Source: Felis catus (Eukaryota). Taken from it: a stretch of 64,000 nucleotides of DNA. Location: assembly GCF_018350175.1 (NCBI RefSeq), contig NC_058368.1, forward strand, positions 182,778,001-182,842,000, in the 5' to 3' direction. The position numbers and the translations under genes were made by a program. Each line of letters begins with the position of its first letter. Position 1 is the first letter of the stretch. Under the pieces are notes generated by a model that was not told where the DNA came from, did no database searches, and worked only from the letters and a program-made list of their open reading frames with translations. Positions 10,211 through 24,200 of this stretch are shown piece after piece.

Positions 10211-13200
10211 ATGAAATGTTTCAATGTATTTTAAATGCATTTAAAAATACATTTTAAAGCATGTTTAGAGTCACCTAAGTTCTATTCATCTTTTATGCCA
10301 TGTTGACATGTTTTAGTGTCTGATTTTGAAGAGCATCAGCATTTTAGATAGTTTTCTCTTTTTTTGTAATTTTCTCCTCAACTGAGTCATCTACATATTT
10401 AATTATTAACACAAAGGATCATAAACAATTTTTTAAAGCTTCTTTAGGCAATTTAAAACAATAATGATTCATGTCATTATAAATTAGCATATAGCCCTAA
10501 AAATAAACCTTTCTTCAACAAAGAATCACTACATTAAACTTTCCTATCCACTAACCTATAAAACAACTTAAAGTTTGACTTATGGATTTAAAATAGGACC
10601 ATAAACAGGTCACTTGAAACCCATGGTGAGCCTAGCAGCACTCTGGCATTCATGCAACAATGTTTTTAAAAACACTAACATGTAATTCTCCAATATTTTT
10701 CCAATACAATGATTACTTATAGGTGTTAAGGAGTGAATGAACAGAGCCCAGTGCCAATGCTCCTTAAATGACATGGGACCCCCTATGATGGGAAAAAGAG
10801 TCATTGCTTTATATTTAGACCATTCCTAGGAACAGAGGAGAATCAAGAGGGAAAAGGTAAGGGTGGGGCACAAAACTAAGGAAAGGGGTCTAGAAGAGAT
10901 GGGAAAATGACAGGTGAGCAGGAGTGAACTGTAGAGGTGGACGTTTGAAAGGAATTGAAGACATATCATCCCCAACACCTTCTGTGTCTTTCACAACTTG
11001 AGACATCTATGCCCGTCCAGGGAAGGGAGAAGAATTAAAAAAACAGGCATAGTATCATGTTATGTAGATGTTTTATTCTAACAAGGAGTGCTTCATTTAA
11101 ATATAATGCTGTTTGCTTTGTGCAAAACTGAAACTGAAACATTTGTAAAGGTTTCTTTGTACTGTTTCTAATCTATAATTTAACAGATTTGTTCCACCAG
11201 AATAAACATTTGCTGAATGTCATGGAAATGGTTTTGAAAAGTATAATGTCAGCAAGATCGCCGCTGAACACAACAGTTGAACAAGGCAGCACCTGTACGC
11301 TGAAATACACAGACGTACCCACAAAACGGGCAATGTTTCAGATACAGTCAGTGTCACAGCCATAGTTGTATTCTTTCAAACACTTCTTATTTTTTTCAGT
11401 CCTTAAGACATGCCCTCACACTTTCACTCATATTCTGTGCAAGCAAGGGGCATTAATCACACAAGTCTGCATGCCCATTTGTCCCGAATTGTTGCCTATG
11501 ATCCATCCTTTGAATAACTTATACTCCTGACCTTTCTGATCAATAAGATGAACGATAAAGGCAAAGGCTTGTGGTTTACATCTTCGTAGAAGTTGCCATC
11601 TCCTCTGAGTAGTTAAAATAAATAATTCCTTTAGTGTTATTCACTGCCTCCTGCAAGCAATATTTGTGTGTGTGTGGGCGCGAGATGTACTGCATCTTCT
11701 TACCTTTGATGTTTGGTCTTGTTTTGGGGCTGCTCTTTTGACAAGCTTTCAAAAGCCCCCTACTATGAATGTCGAATTAAGTACCCTTATGAATATGCAT
11801 GAATATAAGCCTCATATACTCATTTTGGTGGCTACTCACTGTGCTGGGTTGCCCTGGAAGCCATTCCAAATGGTTTTGATTTTGCGTTTGAGATTCTTAA
11901 TGGTGGTAATTATCTGTTGCAGCCATGCAGCACCAAATATGATGCGTGTTAGAGATACTTTAAAAAATAATAATAAAAACGACTAAAGATGCTAATTCCC
12001 ACATTTTACTTCCTACAGGGCAATTAGCCCCTAGTAATGATGTTTATATTTATATGCAAATGTTTCAGGAAAAATGATTCTTAACAGAGACTTCATTTCA
12101 TATCAATACGATTGGGGGATGAGAGCATTCCATCTGTCTGTAGAAAATGCCTGCCATTAGCTCTACATGTAGCCTATTTCTGTAATAGAAACTATTTAAT
12201 CTTAAGTAATTCATTCTTCATTTTGTGTTATTTTCCCTTCCTTCTGTTCTTTTATTAAGACTCTTAACTAATGTACAGTATCTGCAGCTCTTCAGGGCCC
12301 ACACATAGGTGACTTGCCACAGTTCCTTTCGAGCATCATCTGTTCTTTGAGTTATTACCTAATAGCCTCACCATTCCTCATTTTGGGATAATAATTGAGT
12401 AACCAGAGCAGGCTTCTCAGGGGACACTCAGTTGTTAATATCCTCTGTCTTAGGGATTGCTACAACACGCAAGACAGAAATAGGATGAAGAAGCAAAGTT
12501 CTTCATTGTAGCTGTAGCTTTTGACTAGCTTCTGATCTGCAGAAGCTAAAACTTACAGCTGTTGCATGAACTCCCTGCTCAGAGTTAGGGAACAGGCTCA
12601 GTCTAGAGTTAACCTCCTATTGCAATGCCCCTTCTACTCTACAACAATATCTTAGTGCAGAGGCTCCCTTAATAACAACTACTTTTTTTTCTGCAAGCAT
12701 GTTAAACTATCAATTGATAATTCAGCTATTTAATGTCATTTGATATACTGCTTGCTTATCTTAGATGTTCTTTTGCAGAGAAATAAAGTGCACATCCATG
12801 ATCTCACTTAAGAGTTGTTATTTGTCACATATTTTAAAGACAGAAAATATTAGTTTCTTTTTAGCTATCAGAAATGGAGAATCTCTGAATCCATGATGAC
12901 GTAAAACAAATTGTTAAGTGAATACACAACTCTAAAGGTCTACCCATTACTGCAAAAGCACCAGAGATTTAGTTGAGGATAATGAAAAAAAGGGGGGAAA
13001 ACCCACAAAGAGCAGTATAGTAAGAAAATTCTGTCATATTGACACCACCTCTATAATAGAAATTCTTTAAGTATGGTAATGGGTAAAGGCAAGGGTAGAA
13101 TTTGGTGAATCCATTCTTCTTTATCAAATTTGGGTATATGGTAGTCACCCACAACTTTCCATAGGGAAAGATGAACTCACTCGACATCTGCATATACATT

Positions 13201-15205
13201 CTCCCCCTTTAACCTAAAGCAAATAAGTGATGAAGCCAACTCAATTTCTAAGTGAGAATCAAATGACACAAATAACAACCTATTTCAAACCACAGATGCT
13301 CACTGTCACTCACAGTCAAAATCTGGAATGAAGGAATCTGGGAAAGGGGGAAATTCAGAATCCTGCCGGGGGAAAATCTCATTAGAATCTCTTGAGATTT
13401 ATCTGTCACTCTGACAGGATAATTTGATTTTAAATTCCATCACTGCTAGCCCTAATTTTTAAAATTAAATTGGAAAAAAAGTGACTTCTCTTTCTCCCAT
13501 ATAATGAATAATAGGGGAATATAAATCAAAATCAAGGGTGCTATTAATCAAAAATTATAAGAAAAAGATCTGAAAATTTTTAAGGTTTGAAAGAAGTAGA
13601 AAAGTTCCCCTCCCTCATTCCTACCCACCCATCGTGGAACCAGAAGGAAGATCAGTTAAAAGAGGCTCTTTATGAGGCTCAGTTTAGAGAGACAAAAGTT
13701 TTCTTATCAATGCAGTGTAATACTTTCTCAAAAAGTCTGGTCTCTTTCAACAGAGTAGCACTTATTCAACCCGACGCAGAGCCCATTGAGTGCATAATTA
13801 TAATTCATTCTTGAATGAGAGTTTTTCAGAGTGTAGACAAAACAGAGTAAAATGTCATAAACATGCCCTTACTTTTAGGTGTAATAGTTAGCATTTATAA
13901 TCATATAAGTTTTACAAAAGTCCAGTTCCTTCACATCCTCCATTTCAATAAAAGACAAATAAACAAGTTAATGCCAGTGATGGGTGAAAATAATGCCACT
14001 TTCAGAAGCTGATCTACTTGAAGATCATCGCTTGCTTTTTCATATTTCTGTATAGCACCTCAAAATTCAGGTATTCTCTCAGTTCCATAGTGATAATCAA
14101 ACTACTCATTAAAAAGAACAGAATTATATCCTGACCAAAATGGAATAGAGTGCCATATCTTGACAATTGCTTTTTACATTTTCAGGTGACATACTCTATA
14201 TACTTTCCAAATATTAAAATTTCTAAAGAATGAAGGACTTAATGTCAACGTGCTTGTTAGGGAATCAGGTTCGTAAAAGGTGAGGAGAATTTTTTAATAT
14301 GAAGTCGAGAAGTCAGAAGTGCCTCTCTTTTAGCCTCTTCATTTAGCACATCCAGCTCTGATTGGCTCACCTTCCAATAGCGTTCTCTCTTGTAACATTT
14401 ACTTTCTCTTTAGGGAGCTTTGTTTCTCATGCCCGGTACCTGTCACACTTTTAGTCCTACTTCTAAGTTTCTCCCTGCCACATTTCTTCTTCTAGGTAAA
14501 TGAATGAAAAGACACACTGTATCCCATTACTTATTAAAACATCATTGTGGCTTCCTAGGAAATAGGCCAAGGCCAAAAGAGTCTCTCTTTTAATTAAAAG
14601 AGTCAAAATGCCTCACACAATTTCCTATTTGTATATGGTGGAATATCATGATTCTATTTGGAACATCAAGATGTTGAAACATTAAGCATATTCATATCAT
14701 TCAAAAATGATCACATTTTCTACTTGTTAGCCTAGTAGTCATTTGATAAAGCTTTTCTATATTTAATATGTGTGTATATTCACACATTACATAATATGTA
14801 TTATATATGTATATATGTGTGTATGCATGTGTGTGTTTTATATAAAATCTCATAAAAGTGGTAATGGCCCCATCACCAAAATATGAATTAAGGATATTTG
14901 AGTGAGAAATGTGAATGAACTTTACTCCAACTTATCAAGAAAAAATCAACTGTAATTATTTTAAATGATGGCTTCTTACATTGTCTAGATTTTAAAAGCC
15001 TAAGGCACCTACCTTACCAAGTTACTGAGGTTCCTCTCTAATTGACGTGATTCCTCAGGACACGTGCCTGATTCCTCATCAACAGTGCAGCTTTAGAAGC
15101 AACTTCCCACCTGTTGCAAATTTAAAATTGAGATCTTTTTGATACAGAAACAAAAAGTTTTCAAGTTTTCTATTCATTTACTTGATAAACTTCCAAAAAT
15201 ATAAG

Positions 15206-15252
<47 letters not shown>
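15206..15252 (+). repeat. (TACA)n(CA)n microsatellite
   Basis: Directly visible. Confidence 0.97.
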
Positions 15253-15254
<2 letters not shown>

Positions 15255-15989
15255 TTTGGGGTATTAACATATCCTTTGCAAACTTTTTAATCCTTTTTTC
15301 TAAATAATTGCCATATGTAATGAAACCCAAATGATGGAAAAGTACTATGAAAAAAATTCCATAAAGATATACACTCTTAATATGACTTCATCAGAAATGT
15401 TCGGCTCTTGTTTTCAGGAACAAACTCCTCAAAGATTTCACCTTCACCCTGAATATAGCTGTGACAAGCCAGTCAAGGTCCACCGAATCCAATTAGAGAA
15501 GTTTTCTGGGAAAAAAAGTGTGATTCTTGACAATATTAGGGCAAAATACTGGAAGCTGTTTTAACTTTAAGGAGGGCAGTGGTAGCTACAGTCATCTTTA
15601 GTGTGTGGCTTAAAACCGTGTCATCAAGCCACGAGAGGCCCAAAATATTCAGCAAGCTCTACTGGAAGCAGCCATTGGTTGTTCTACAAAATGATCCATA
15701 TTCTATTGCATAGTATCAGGGAAATGTTTAGCGGTTAGAAAAATTCAGAGCAGGGGACAGAAAAGTCACTGTCATCTGACATAACGTAAGAAGGGATGAT
15801 GTTTTGTGAAACTTAGGAAAAAGAATTTAGAAGATTTACCAATTTGAAGGTATATGAGTTACTTCTTCATTCTATCAGTTCAATAAACACTGACAAATCC
15901 ATCTCCTGAACATCTCTTTGTGTCTCTTATTACAGGTTTTCTGCCATTTCCTCCATTACCTAAAGTAACAGTGCAGTGAAATTCCCCCT

Positions 15990-16735
15990 AATAGTCACCC
16001 CTACATAGGCCTCTCTGCAGTCCACTTTGTATTCTGCTGGAAGCACCTTTCCAAACATAAATATGATCATGCAAGGGTACCCAGGCGGCTCAATCGGTCA
16101 AGCATGTAACTCTTGATTTCGGCTCAGGTCATGATCCCATGGTCATGGGATCTCATGAGCACTGTGCTGGGTATGGAGCCTGCTTAAGATTCTCTCTCTC
16201 CCTCTGCCCCTCCTCCACACATGCAGGAGCACTCACACTCTCCTCCCGACAAAAAATAAAATAAATAAAATTTTTAAAAACATCCAACTTTTGACTAATT
16301 TCACACCAATAGTGTTTATACCCTGAGAGCCTTAAGGAAAGATGAAATCTTCATTATCTGGCTTTTGATTCTTTTGCAGACTCATCTTTTGAGTGTCCAT
16401 ACCTTCTTCCAGTTTATTTTGAGCCCCAGCACTATGAAACTTCATTTAATCTACAGTCACACTTTGTATATATGGTTCATTCTGCCTTTTAATCCACCTA
16501 GAAAAGTTCTATTCTTCTAAGTCCTGCTGAAAGCTGTTACCTTCTCGGAGGCCTTCCCTATTTTACTTCCTGAAGGAATTAATCATCCTCTCCTCAAAGA
16601 TGCATCTATATCTGGGTGTTAGTCACTGATCTATTTACCTATCATCCCTCCTGGAACGTGCCTTTCAGTAGAAATCCCATACATCATTTGATCCTTAAAC
16701 ACCTAGCATAGTACCTGATGTATACAGTAAATTCA
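15990..16735 (+). mobile_element. L2 3' fragment interrupted by a SINE
   Basis: Ends ACACCTAGCATAGTACCTGATGTATACAGTAAA, similar to the L2 3' terminus; pyrimidine-rich body. Confidence 0.55.
16074..16280 (+). mobile_element. CanSINE (older)
   Basis: AGGGTACCCAGGCGGCTCAATCGG...GGCTCAGGTCATGATC...AATAAAATAAATAAAA. Confidence 0.92.
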
Positions 16736-17179
16736 TGCTGGGCTGAGCATACAGATTTTTTTTTTACTTTCTTTCTCATGTACTACTGGAAATAAGAATC
16801 TCTTAATACTGGCAGTCACCAATCCTTGAAGATCTTTTGCACCTAAATTCAAAGTTGAGGTGGTTGTTGCTCATGAGGCCCTAGTACTTTGATTCTGCAA
16901 TTTCACACAGTATGTCTCTAAGTGACTGACTATATTAACTCACCTTTAACATACCATAGCCTGCCCGCCTCCCCCCCCCCCGGGGCAAAATGCTCAAAAT
17001 CATCTCAAAATGGCATTCTGGGTTCTTTAAAGTACTTTACAAGAGTTACCAGATTCTAGTCCTCATTTTTAACTGAATTCTTGCCATTCAATAAATAATT
17101 TGTCAAGTATGCATGCGGCTTACTAGACCATAATTAACTGGCTAGCATAGATGTTGTTTTTAACAGTTCATGTGGCATT

Positions 17180-17425
17180 GAGAAAGAGAAAGAAAAAAAA
17201 GGAAAAGGAAAGGGAAGGGAAAAAGAAGGAAGGAAGGAAGGAAGGAAGGAAGGAAGGAAGGAAGGAAGGAAGGAAGGAAGGAAAGGGAAAGGTAAGAAGA
17301 AAGAAGGAAAGAGAAGAAGGAAAGAAAGAAAAAGAAGAGAAAAGAAGAGAAAGGAAAAGAAAAGAAATAAAAGAAAAGAAAAGAAAAGAAAAGAAAAGAA
17401 AAGAAAAAGAAGGAAGGAAGGAAGG
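17180..17425 (+). repeat. Polypurine compound microsatellite (GGAA)n/(GAAAA)n
   Basis: About 245 bp almost purely A/G. Confidence 0.98.
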
Positions 17426-18724
17426 TGCTTTATTCCTGAATGTCCAATAGCCACCCAACTATACATAGATAAGTTCAATATATAAATTTCTTCCTCCTTG
17501 GATTTAATCTCCATAGGTACTACTAGATAGATATTTGTTCCCATAAGGTTAATATTTTCACAGCTAATATTTGGTAAATAAAATCAATGAAACATCTGTG
17601 CTGGGTTTTGTTTGTCAATGTTAAAGGAGACCGGACGGAGTGAATTGCATAATTATACCAATCCCTTTACTTGCTATCACATGCTGGACATGAAGCTGTA
17701 ATATCAATATAAACTGCATTTGATCAACATGCAGGAGGAATGCAAAGGCACTCTCAGGTTTTTCTAATGCTCTTTTCTACCTTTCAAAATTGAGTGGCTT
17801 TATATAATCCTCCTGAAACTTCACACCTCACACCCCTTCAAAGCCCAATGCTCGCACATGGTAGCATTAGAGAAAGGATTATTAAAGACCCCCATTGGAA
17901 CTGTGGCCTATTCATTTTCTGTGTAAACCATGGGGTTCCTGTGCAGACAGTGATGTGCCAACACGAACCCAAACAGCTGCTGTACTAAAGCTGCTCTGAG
18001 TGCAGGTGGGGAAACAGCTTGTGATATTAACAAGACTAGATCCTTCTTGTGGCTTTCTATAGCCTTTATTTAAAATACAGGAAAATGCTTTCAAAGACTT
18101 ATTTATAACTGTATCAAGCACAGATTGCACCAACATTATGCTGCAATGAGCACATGTGTTATTCATACTGATATTAAGTATTTTTTTTTCATTTTTGAAA
18201 TAGCCAAAAAGAAATATATATATATATTTCCTGAGGATGATTTCAGATAGGAACTACTAAAACCATATCAGCAAAGTGAACTTGGGTGAAAATAGCTTTT
18301 CTGAAATTAAAAAAAAATCATGAAAAGAAACAAACAAAAAGACTGAGTGTAAACAGATAAATTGAGACATAAGAAACAACATTTTTTAAACAAAGTTTTT
18401 ATGGCTATCACAGCTGTCACATGCATTTTTTCTTCCTTCATATAAAGATCATAATTAAATTAGATTCAAATGTTCCACATCACCATGGGCTTGTATTCTA
18501 ATTTTTCTTTTTAACTCTGCAATAAAACTTACCAGAGTTCTTAATATTGAAGGCTTATTCATTATTTTCCCTGAGCTTTTATTAAGCTCCTACTGTGTGT
18601 TGCTGCTCTGTTAAGTGTTATGACCAAAGTAAAAATATCCATGTGGTTGGTTTTAAGGAAAGTACACCTCTTTGGTAAGGCAAAATGTTCATTAAGTGTC
18701 AATGAAGATGAAAAGTGGCAATAA

Positions 18725-18950
18725 TAATTAGTTACGAGCCAAACAACACAGGCTTAGCCAAGTAATAGATATGCAACCTTCAGAAATTTACTTAGTCTCT
18801 GGCCTCAATCCACCCATCTGTAAAATGAAGATCAAAATATTACCTATCTTATAGACTTTTCCTGAGAAATTAAGCAGATATCACAAGCACAACACTTAAA
18901 CACAATCAGCCACACAGTAAACACTCAAAAAATAAGAGTTGTTATCATAA
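18725..18950 (+). mobile_element. MIR
   Basis: TTTACTTAGTCTCTGGCCTCAATCCACCCATCTGTAAAATGAAGAT core. Confidence 0.75.
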
Positions 18951-21018
18951 CGTGGTAATTCATAGGAAGCAGGTTATTTGGAGATGACATTGACTAAAGA
19001 CCTTCACAGAAAAAAAAATGATCTTTTGCATTCAGAGCACTGGAAATATTTTATTTAATAATTGAAGAGGAGAGAGGATGTATCGGGTCTGGGGAAAATA
19101 GAGCAAAATTATAAAACTGTGAATGAACAAAGTATGTAATTTAGAATGTGATAGAGTCATGGCAGATATATTTGAAAGGGAGGAATGAATGTGTACTAAA
19201 TCTTGATGTTAGCTTGGTAAATAGATATCAAAGACGGACATCCATGAATAGAGGGAAGGTCAACATTCCAATGATTTCCTACCTAGTAGCATTTTAACTC
19301 AATCATTTTCATGTATGATTAAACAAATTATTTTTACTAAAGTTATCAATTTTATTTGGCATTCAAATTATATTCACTCCCAGTTCAAAACTCTGAGTTG
19401 TCTACTTCTCTGTTCCACTGTATCCACATATTCACATTGCTTTAATTCTATTGAATCTCCATAACATTCCATTTTTCTACAACTGTACCTTTATCCCCTT
19501 CTCTTTAAAGAAATGCATTTTTATATTTGGTCACTCCAAGTATTCCAAATGTCTATCTTAGCCTAAACACACACACACACACAATTTCTCATGATTCAAC
19601 AATTAGGAAAACTCTAGTTTTCCATTGGGGATTGGCTTTGAAATCTTGGGCAGTCATTTATTCTCTTTGAGTATCAGTTTTCTCAATTTTAGAAGAATTA
19701 AAAATAATGCCTCCTTTATTTGCAAATAGCAGTGAAGATAATAGGCAATAAATAGATCAAACCCATAAAACTACTAAAAATATGAAACAAAATTATTACT
19801 ATTTTAATATTCTTAATGTTATTGCTTTGTAAATACTCTTTAGGAAAAATCTTTCAATTTGTGTGTCAGTCAAAAAATGTTGAAATATTTTTTAAATGGA
19901 TAGCTAAGCCAACCAAAATCATATCCTTATAGAAAGCTCATCTTATTAGGTAATACTGACACACTGTTCTTCTTACAAATAAAGGAGAAACAATTGCCTC
20001 AATATTTTTGTTTATTTCAATGCTTAAACCAAATATTTTCAAGGTGGAAAAAATAAAAAGTAGAATGCGATCACATTAAGTACATCTAAAAACTCATTTA
20101 AAGTAATTGTGAAAATAATAATTTTGAATATTGACTGGAAAGTTTTAAATGTCTAGATACAATTATTAAAGCTTTATATTTTCCTTTGTTAATCTGCTTT
20201 ATTAAATTATTTTACTATCAAAATTGATTGCCATTATCAGATTCCAAAATTAAGATTTTTAGTTTAAATTTTAGATACCATATGGTATTGCATCACTTAT
20301 GCAAAACTATATTATATTTTGTGGTGTGAGATCTGTCACATCTCATGTAGATTAGGATAAACTTAGAGATAATTCTGCTATTTTCTAGGCATGAAATATT
20401 GAGAAGTAGAAAGCTTGCATAGAGAACAAGTACAATGCCCTCTGAATAACAAAACCAAAAGAATACTTCAAAAGTAGCACTTAGGTCTTCAAATTTTTTT
20501 ACAAACAAGGAAGCCAGAAAAAAAAAAGAACCAAGTTTGTTCTTTAGTAGTTATTTTCTACTGAGAGAAATTGTGTTGTTTATTTTTCACATATTTATAT
20601 AATTTCACTTAAAATATTTAATGAAAATATGCTTAGCTTGAAACATAAAAGTAAACTGGAATGCTACAAAATCAAGATAACATTTAAAATATTTGCTAAA
20701 TTTTAGATATTTATAAATCAACATAAACCTCTAGAAAGATATAGGAGGAAAGGCTATAGTAGTTAGAGTTGATTAGGCACCAAATTTTATATTTGTATCT
20801 ATTATACAAACTTATATGCATTATAATCAACAGTAAAATCGTTTTACTATGTGTCATTGCATAGTAATGGGCACTGTACAAGTGTCAGAGATTTCAGACA
20901 TTCCTAGTATCACATGCCATTTGTACAGAATAGGGGAAATGGGCATTTTTATACAGTGTAGATGAAGTCCAAATTGATATGACCTTTAAAATGCATATAT
21001 ATTATAAAACCAGCATTC

Positions 21019-21072
21019 TTTTTTTTTAATGTTTATTTATTTTTGAGAGAGGGAGAGTACAAGCAGGGGAGG

Positions 21073-21124
<52 letters not shown>

Positions 21125-21268
21125 GGGAGAGAGAGACAGAATCTGAAGTAGGCTCCAGGCTCTAAGCTGTCAGCACAGATCCTGATGCGGAGCTCGAACT
21201 CACGAGCCGTCAGATTATGACCTGAGCCCAAGTCAGACACGTAATCAACTGAGCCACCCAGGTGCCCC
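21019..21268 (-). mobile_element. CanSINE with TSD
   Basis: Antisense SINE; TSD TATAAAACCAGCATT (21003-21017) / TATAAAACTAGCATT (21269-21283). Confidence 0.96.
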
Positions 21269-24200
21269 TATAAAACTAGCATTATAAGTCTATGAATTTC
21301 ACCAAGGAAATGCTCAAAAATATAGACATACACATAGATGTTCTAGAATATATGGAGCAGTACTGTTTAAAATAATCAATAATTTAGAAAATATTCCAAT
21401 GTCAGCCAGGTGAAAATGTGTTAAAAATTTCCCCATACATACAATGAAATGCCATACAGCCAGGTAAATGATTGCATAGTCAATATGTATTAAGAAAAAG
21501 AAAATTATACAGAGGCATATTATTAATTAAATAATAATTAAATGTGCAAATATGTTAATATAAATATAGGGCTTTATTTTGTAGATTATACAATTTGTCT
21601 TACTGATTCCCTTTTATAGGAAAAAATGAAAATAAACACAAGCTCCTCAAAATAATTTTAACAGATACATTTATAATTACTCCAACGTCCTATATTTTGC
21701 TTCATTCACTTCAGACAATCCTTAGAGTATTTGGGGGAAATGATTGTGTTTATAGATATCATTTCACTTTTGTTCAGAGAGCTAAGAGGAAAGTACATAA
21801 CCAATGTTTAATGTTTTGCTTGTAACTTTTGGCCTATCAGTGATAAAGAAGGAAGAGTGAAAGTAATGAAAAAATATTTTCTAGGAGGGTGTTATACTCG
21901 CTATCTTAGAAAAAGAACAAATAGTTAATTGTAAAACAGTAACAGGCCCTCTCCGCCATCATCCAAGATTTGCCTTTCTTTTCCAGCATACAAGTAACCT
22001 AATATAAAATGTAAGAATTGTATTACATATCAAATTAATTCAGAACATGACAGGAAGGGCAGACAAGTGGCGGTTTTAGAAATGAATAGAGTTCATGAAG
22101 TATTTAATAAGTATTGATCCTGATTTCACCAGAGGGTAAGCTACTCCTTGCTACCAAGTTAAACACTTTTGAAAGCTCCATCAACTGCGGGGTCAGCAGT
22201 TCAACTAAGATCCAGTCATGAGCTATTGGCTCAACACACTTCATGAAATGGAGGCAGGTCTTTTCCCAAATCCTCCTCCATTGGTTACCAACCCCATTTG
22301 GGAATTAGAAAGAACATATATTTAAATATAGGGCAAAGAGTGGAGGTCATCATTGACAAGCACTGAATAATGGTATAGAAATGAGCCTGTAATTTGCAAC
22401 TGCTATCAATAGGCAAAAAGAAGGACATTTTCTGCAGATGTTTTAACGCCCTCAGAAAGCCACTGAAGTTACTTAGTGAAACTTGATTCCAGCCTGGTTT
22501 TCTTTTTTGTCTCTTTTGTTTTTTTGTTTTCTTTCAGTTTTTATTACAATATTATAGAAACTAGCTACAGTCTCAGAATAACTCCAAGAAAGATCTTAAG
22601 GTATACTTCTTTTTCTAAATTTTTAAACTGTGCTTATATGTCAGTCTCTTTGGACTTTGCTTTTCCATCTGGGCTTTGATGCTTATCAGACTCAAAAGCT
22701 AACTGAACAGGAAAAGGTGATTTAATATCCTATGCTTCAAAATGTTCCATAAAAGAATTAGCTAATGTATTACCAACTTTAGAGTTGAACTCTTCTTTCC
22801 CTTTCTCTTTCATTCTAGGTTTCCAGATTGGCACATCTAACAGGAAACTTGAAATCCATTTTTAAGCGGAAGAGAGTAAAGATATCTTGAAAAGTTGTTG
22901 TTGCTTTAATTTAAAGTGTGCCTTATGCTATGGACAATGTAACTGCTGCCTAGAAACAATTCTTATGCTTTAAAAAGACCTTAGTTTCATCAATGTGCAT
23001 CCCAGAAGGTAAGAATAATCACTTACCCCTATGGTTTCATGTATTTTGCAGCTCTGTGAGATATTTTCCTAAAACCTAATACTTAATTAAGCCAGCTGGA
23101 TGGCACAGATTTTTTTTTTAAGTAAAACCTATGCTAGTATGGGAGAATATAAATACAATGATAGGATGAGCCATTTTGCTACCATTACTTCAGTTGATAG
23201 AGTTCAAATTCAGGTTAATTTGCCTAATACCTCAAATGCAGATTGGTCACAGTTGTAATCATCATCTCCATTCCTTACGTGGTCAAGATGAGGACTAGAA
23301 ATAACCTACATTTTCCAGCCAGCTAGAGAAGAGCTCCCTTTTTCTTATTATTCTCTATCCTGTGCTTTCTATGCCTGAGATAAGTATCAAGCCCCAAATT
23401 ATTTTGCTTAATTTGAAGTTTACTATAAAGCTAATAATATTTATTCAAGAGTAACCTTAAGTTCTGAAACGTCCTTAAGCAATGGTATCCTCCTTCATTA
23501 AGTTAATTTGGGTTTTTTGTTTGTGATTTCTTTTGAAAGCAATCCCCTAGGTATGGCTTAGCAGTTAAAATGGCATAGCTCTCAGAGGGAAAACATGCAT
23601 TTCACTTGTGAATGCTGTTTATTTGTAAATTAGCAGTTTCCTTAGTGATTCCAATAAAAAAAAATTTGAACTATAAATAAAAGTGGGCACCATATTATAC
23701 ATCTTCCTTCTTGTTCTGGTTAACAGAATTCTCCAAATTCACTCAGGCACAGGTAGTCTCTTTGATGAATCTGATGAAGATTCTTATAAATTTTCAAAAT
23801 TACATAGTGGTGATAAACATTGAAAATAAGTCAGAAATTTAATCCACCTGGAGCAAGGCAGGCATTGTGTATAAAGCAAATGAAATATTCTCCTCAAAAA
23901 CAGGTAACATGTTCCAGCCAAAGACCCCAAAACGTATTTTATAGCAAGGTAACAAACATACTTTAAGATGCCCCTTTGATAATAACAAGACAAGGTTATC
24001 AAAAATTTTAATGTAGAAGAGTATTGAAAACCCACTTTGTCATCTAATAATTAAAGCTATTAAGGACTAGCACAGATATTGACACTTCTATCTGCAAAGT
24101 CGAATAAGAATTCAGAATTTTATCTCTAGTAGAAATTTTAAAATATAGAAATAATCACAAAGGAGAAGAAACAAGGATTATACACAACTGGTTTGGGAGA

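Noticed and set aside
17134..17544. 136-aa hydrophobic and lysine-rich ORFs
   Set aside because: Microsatellite artefact
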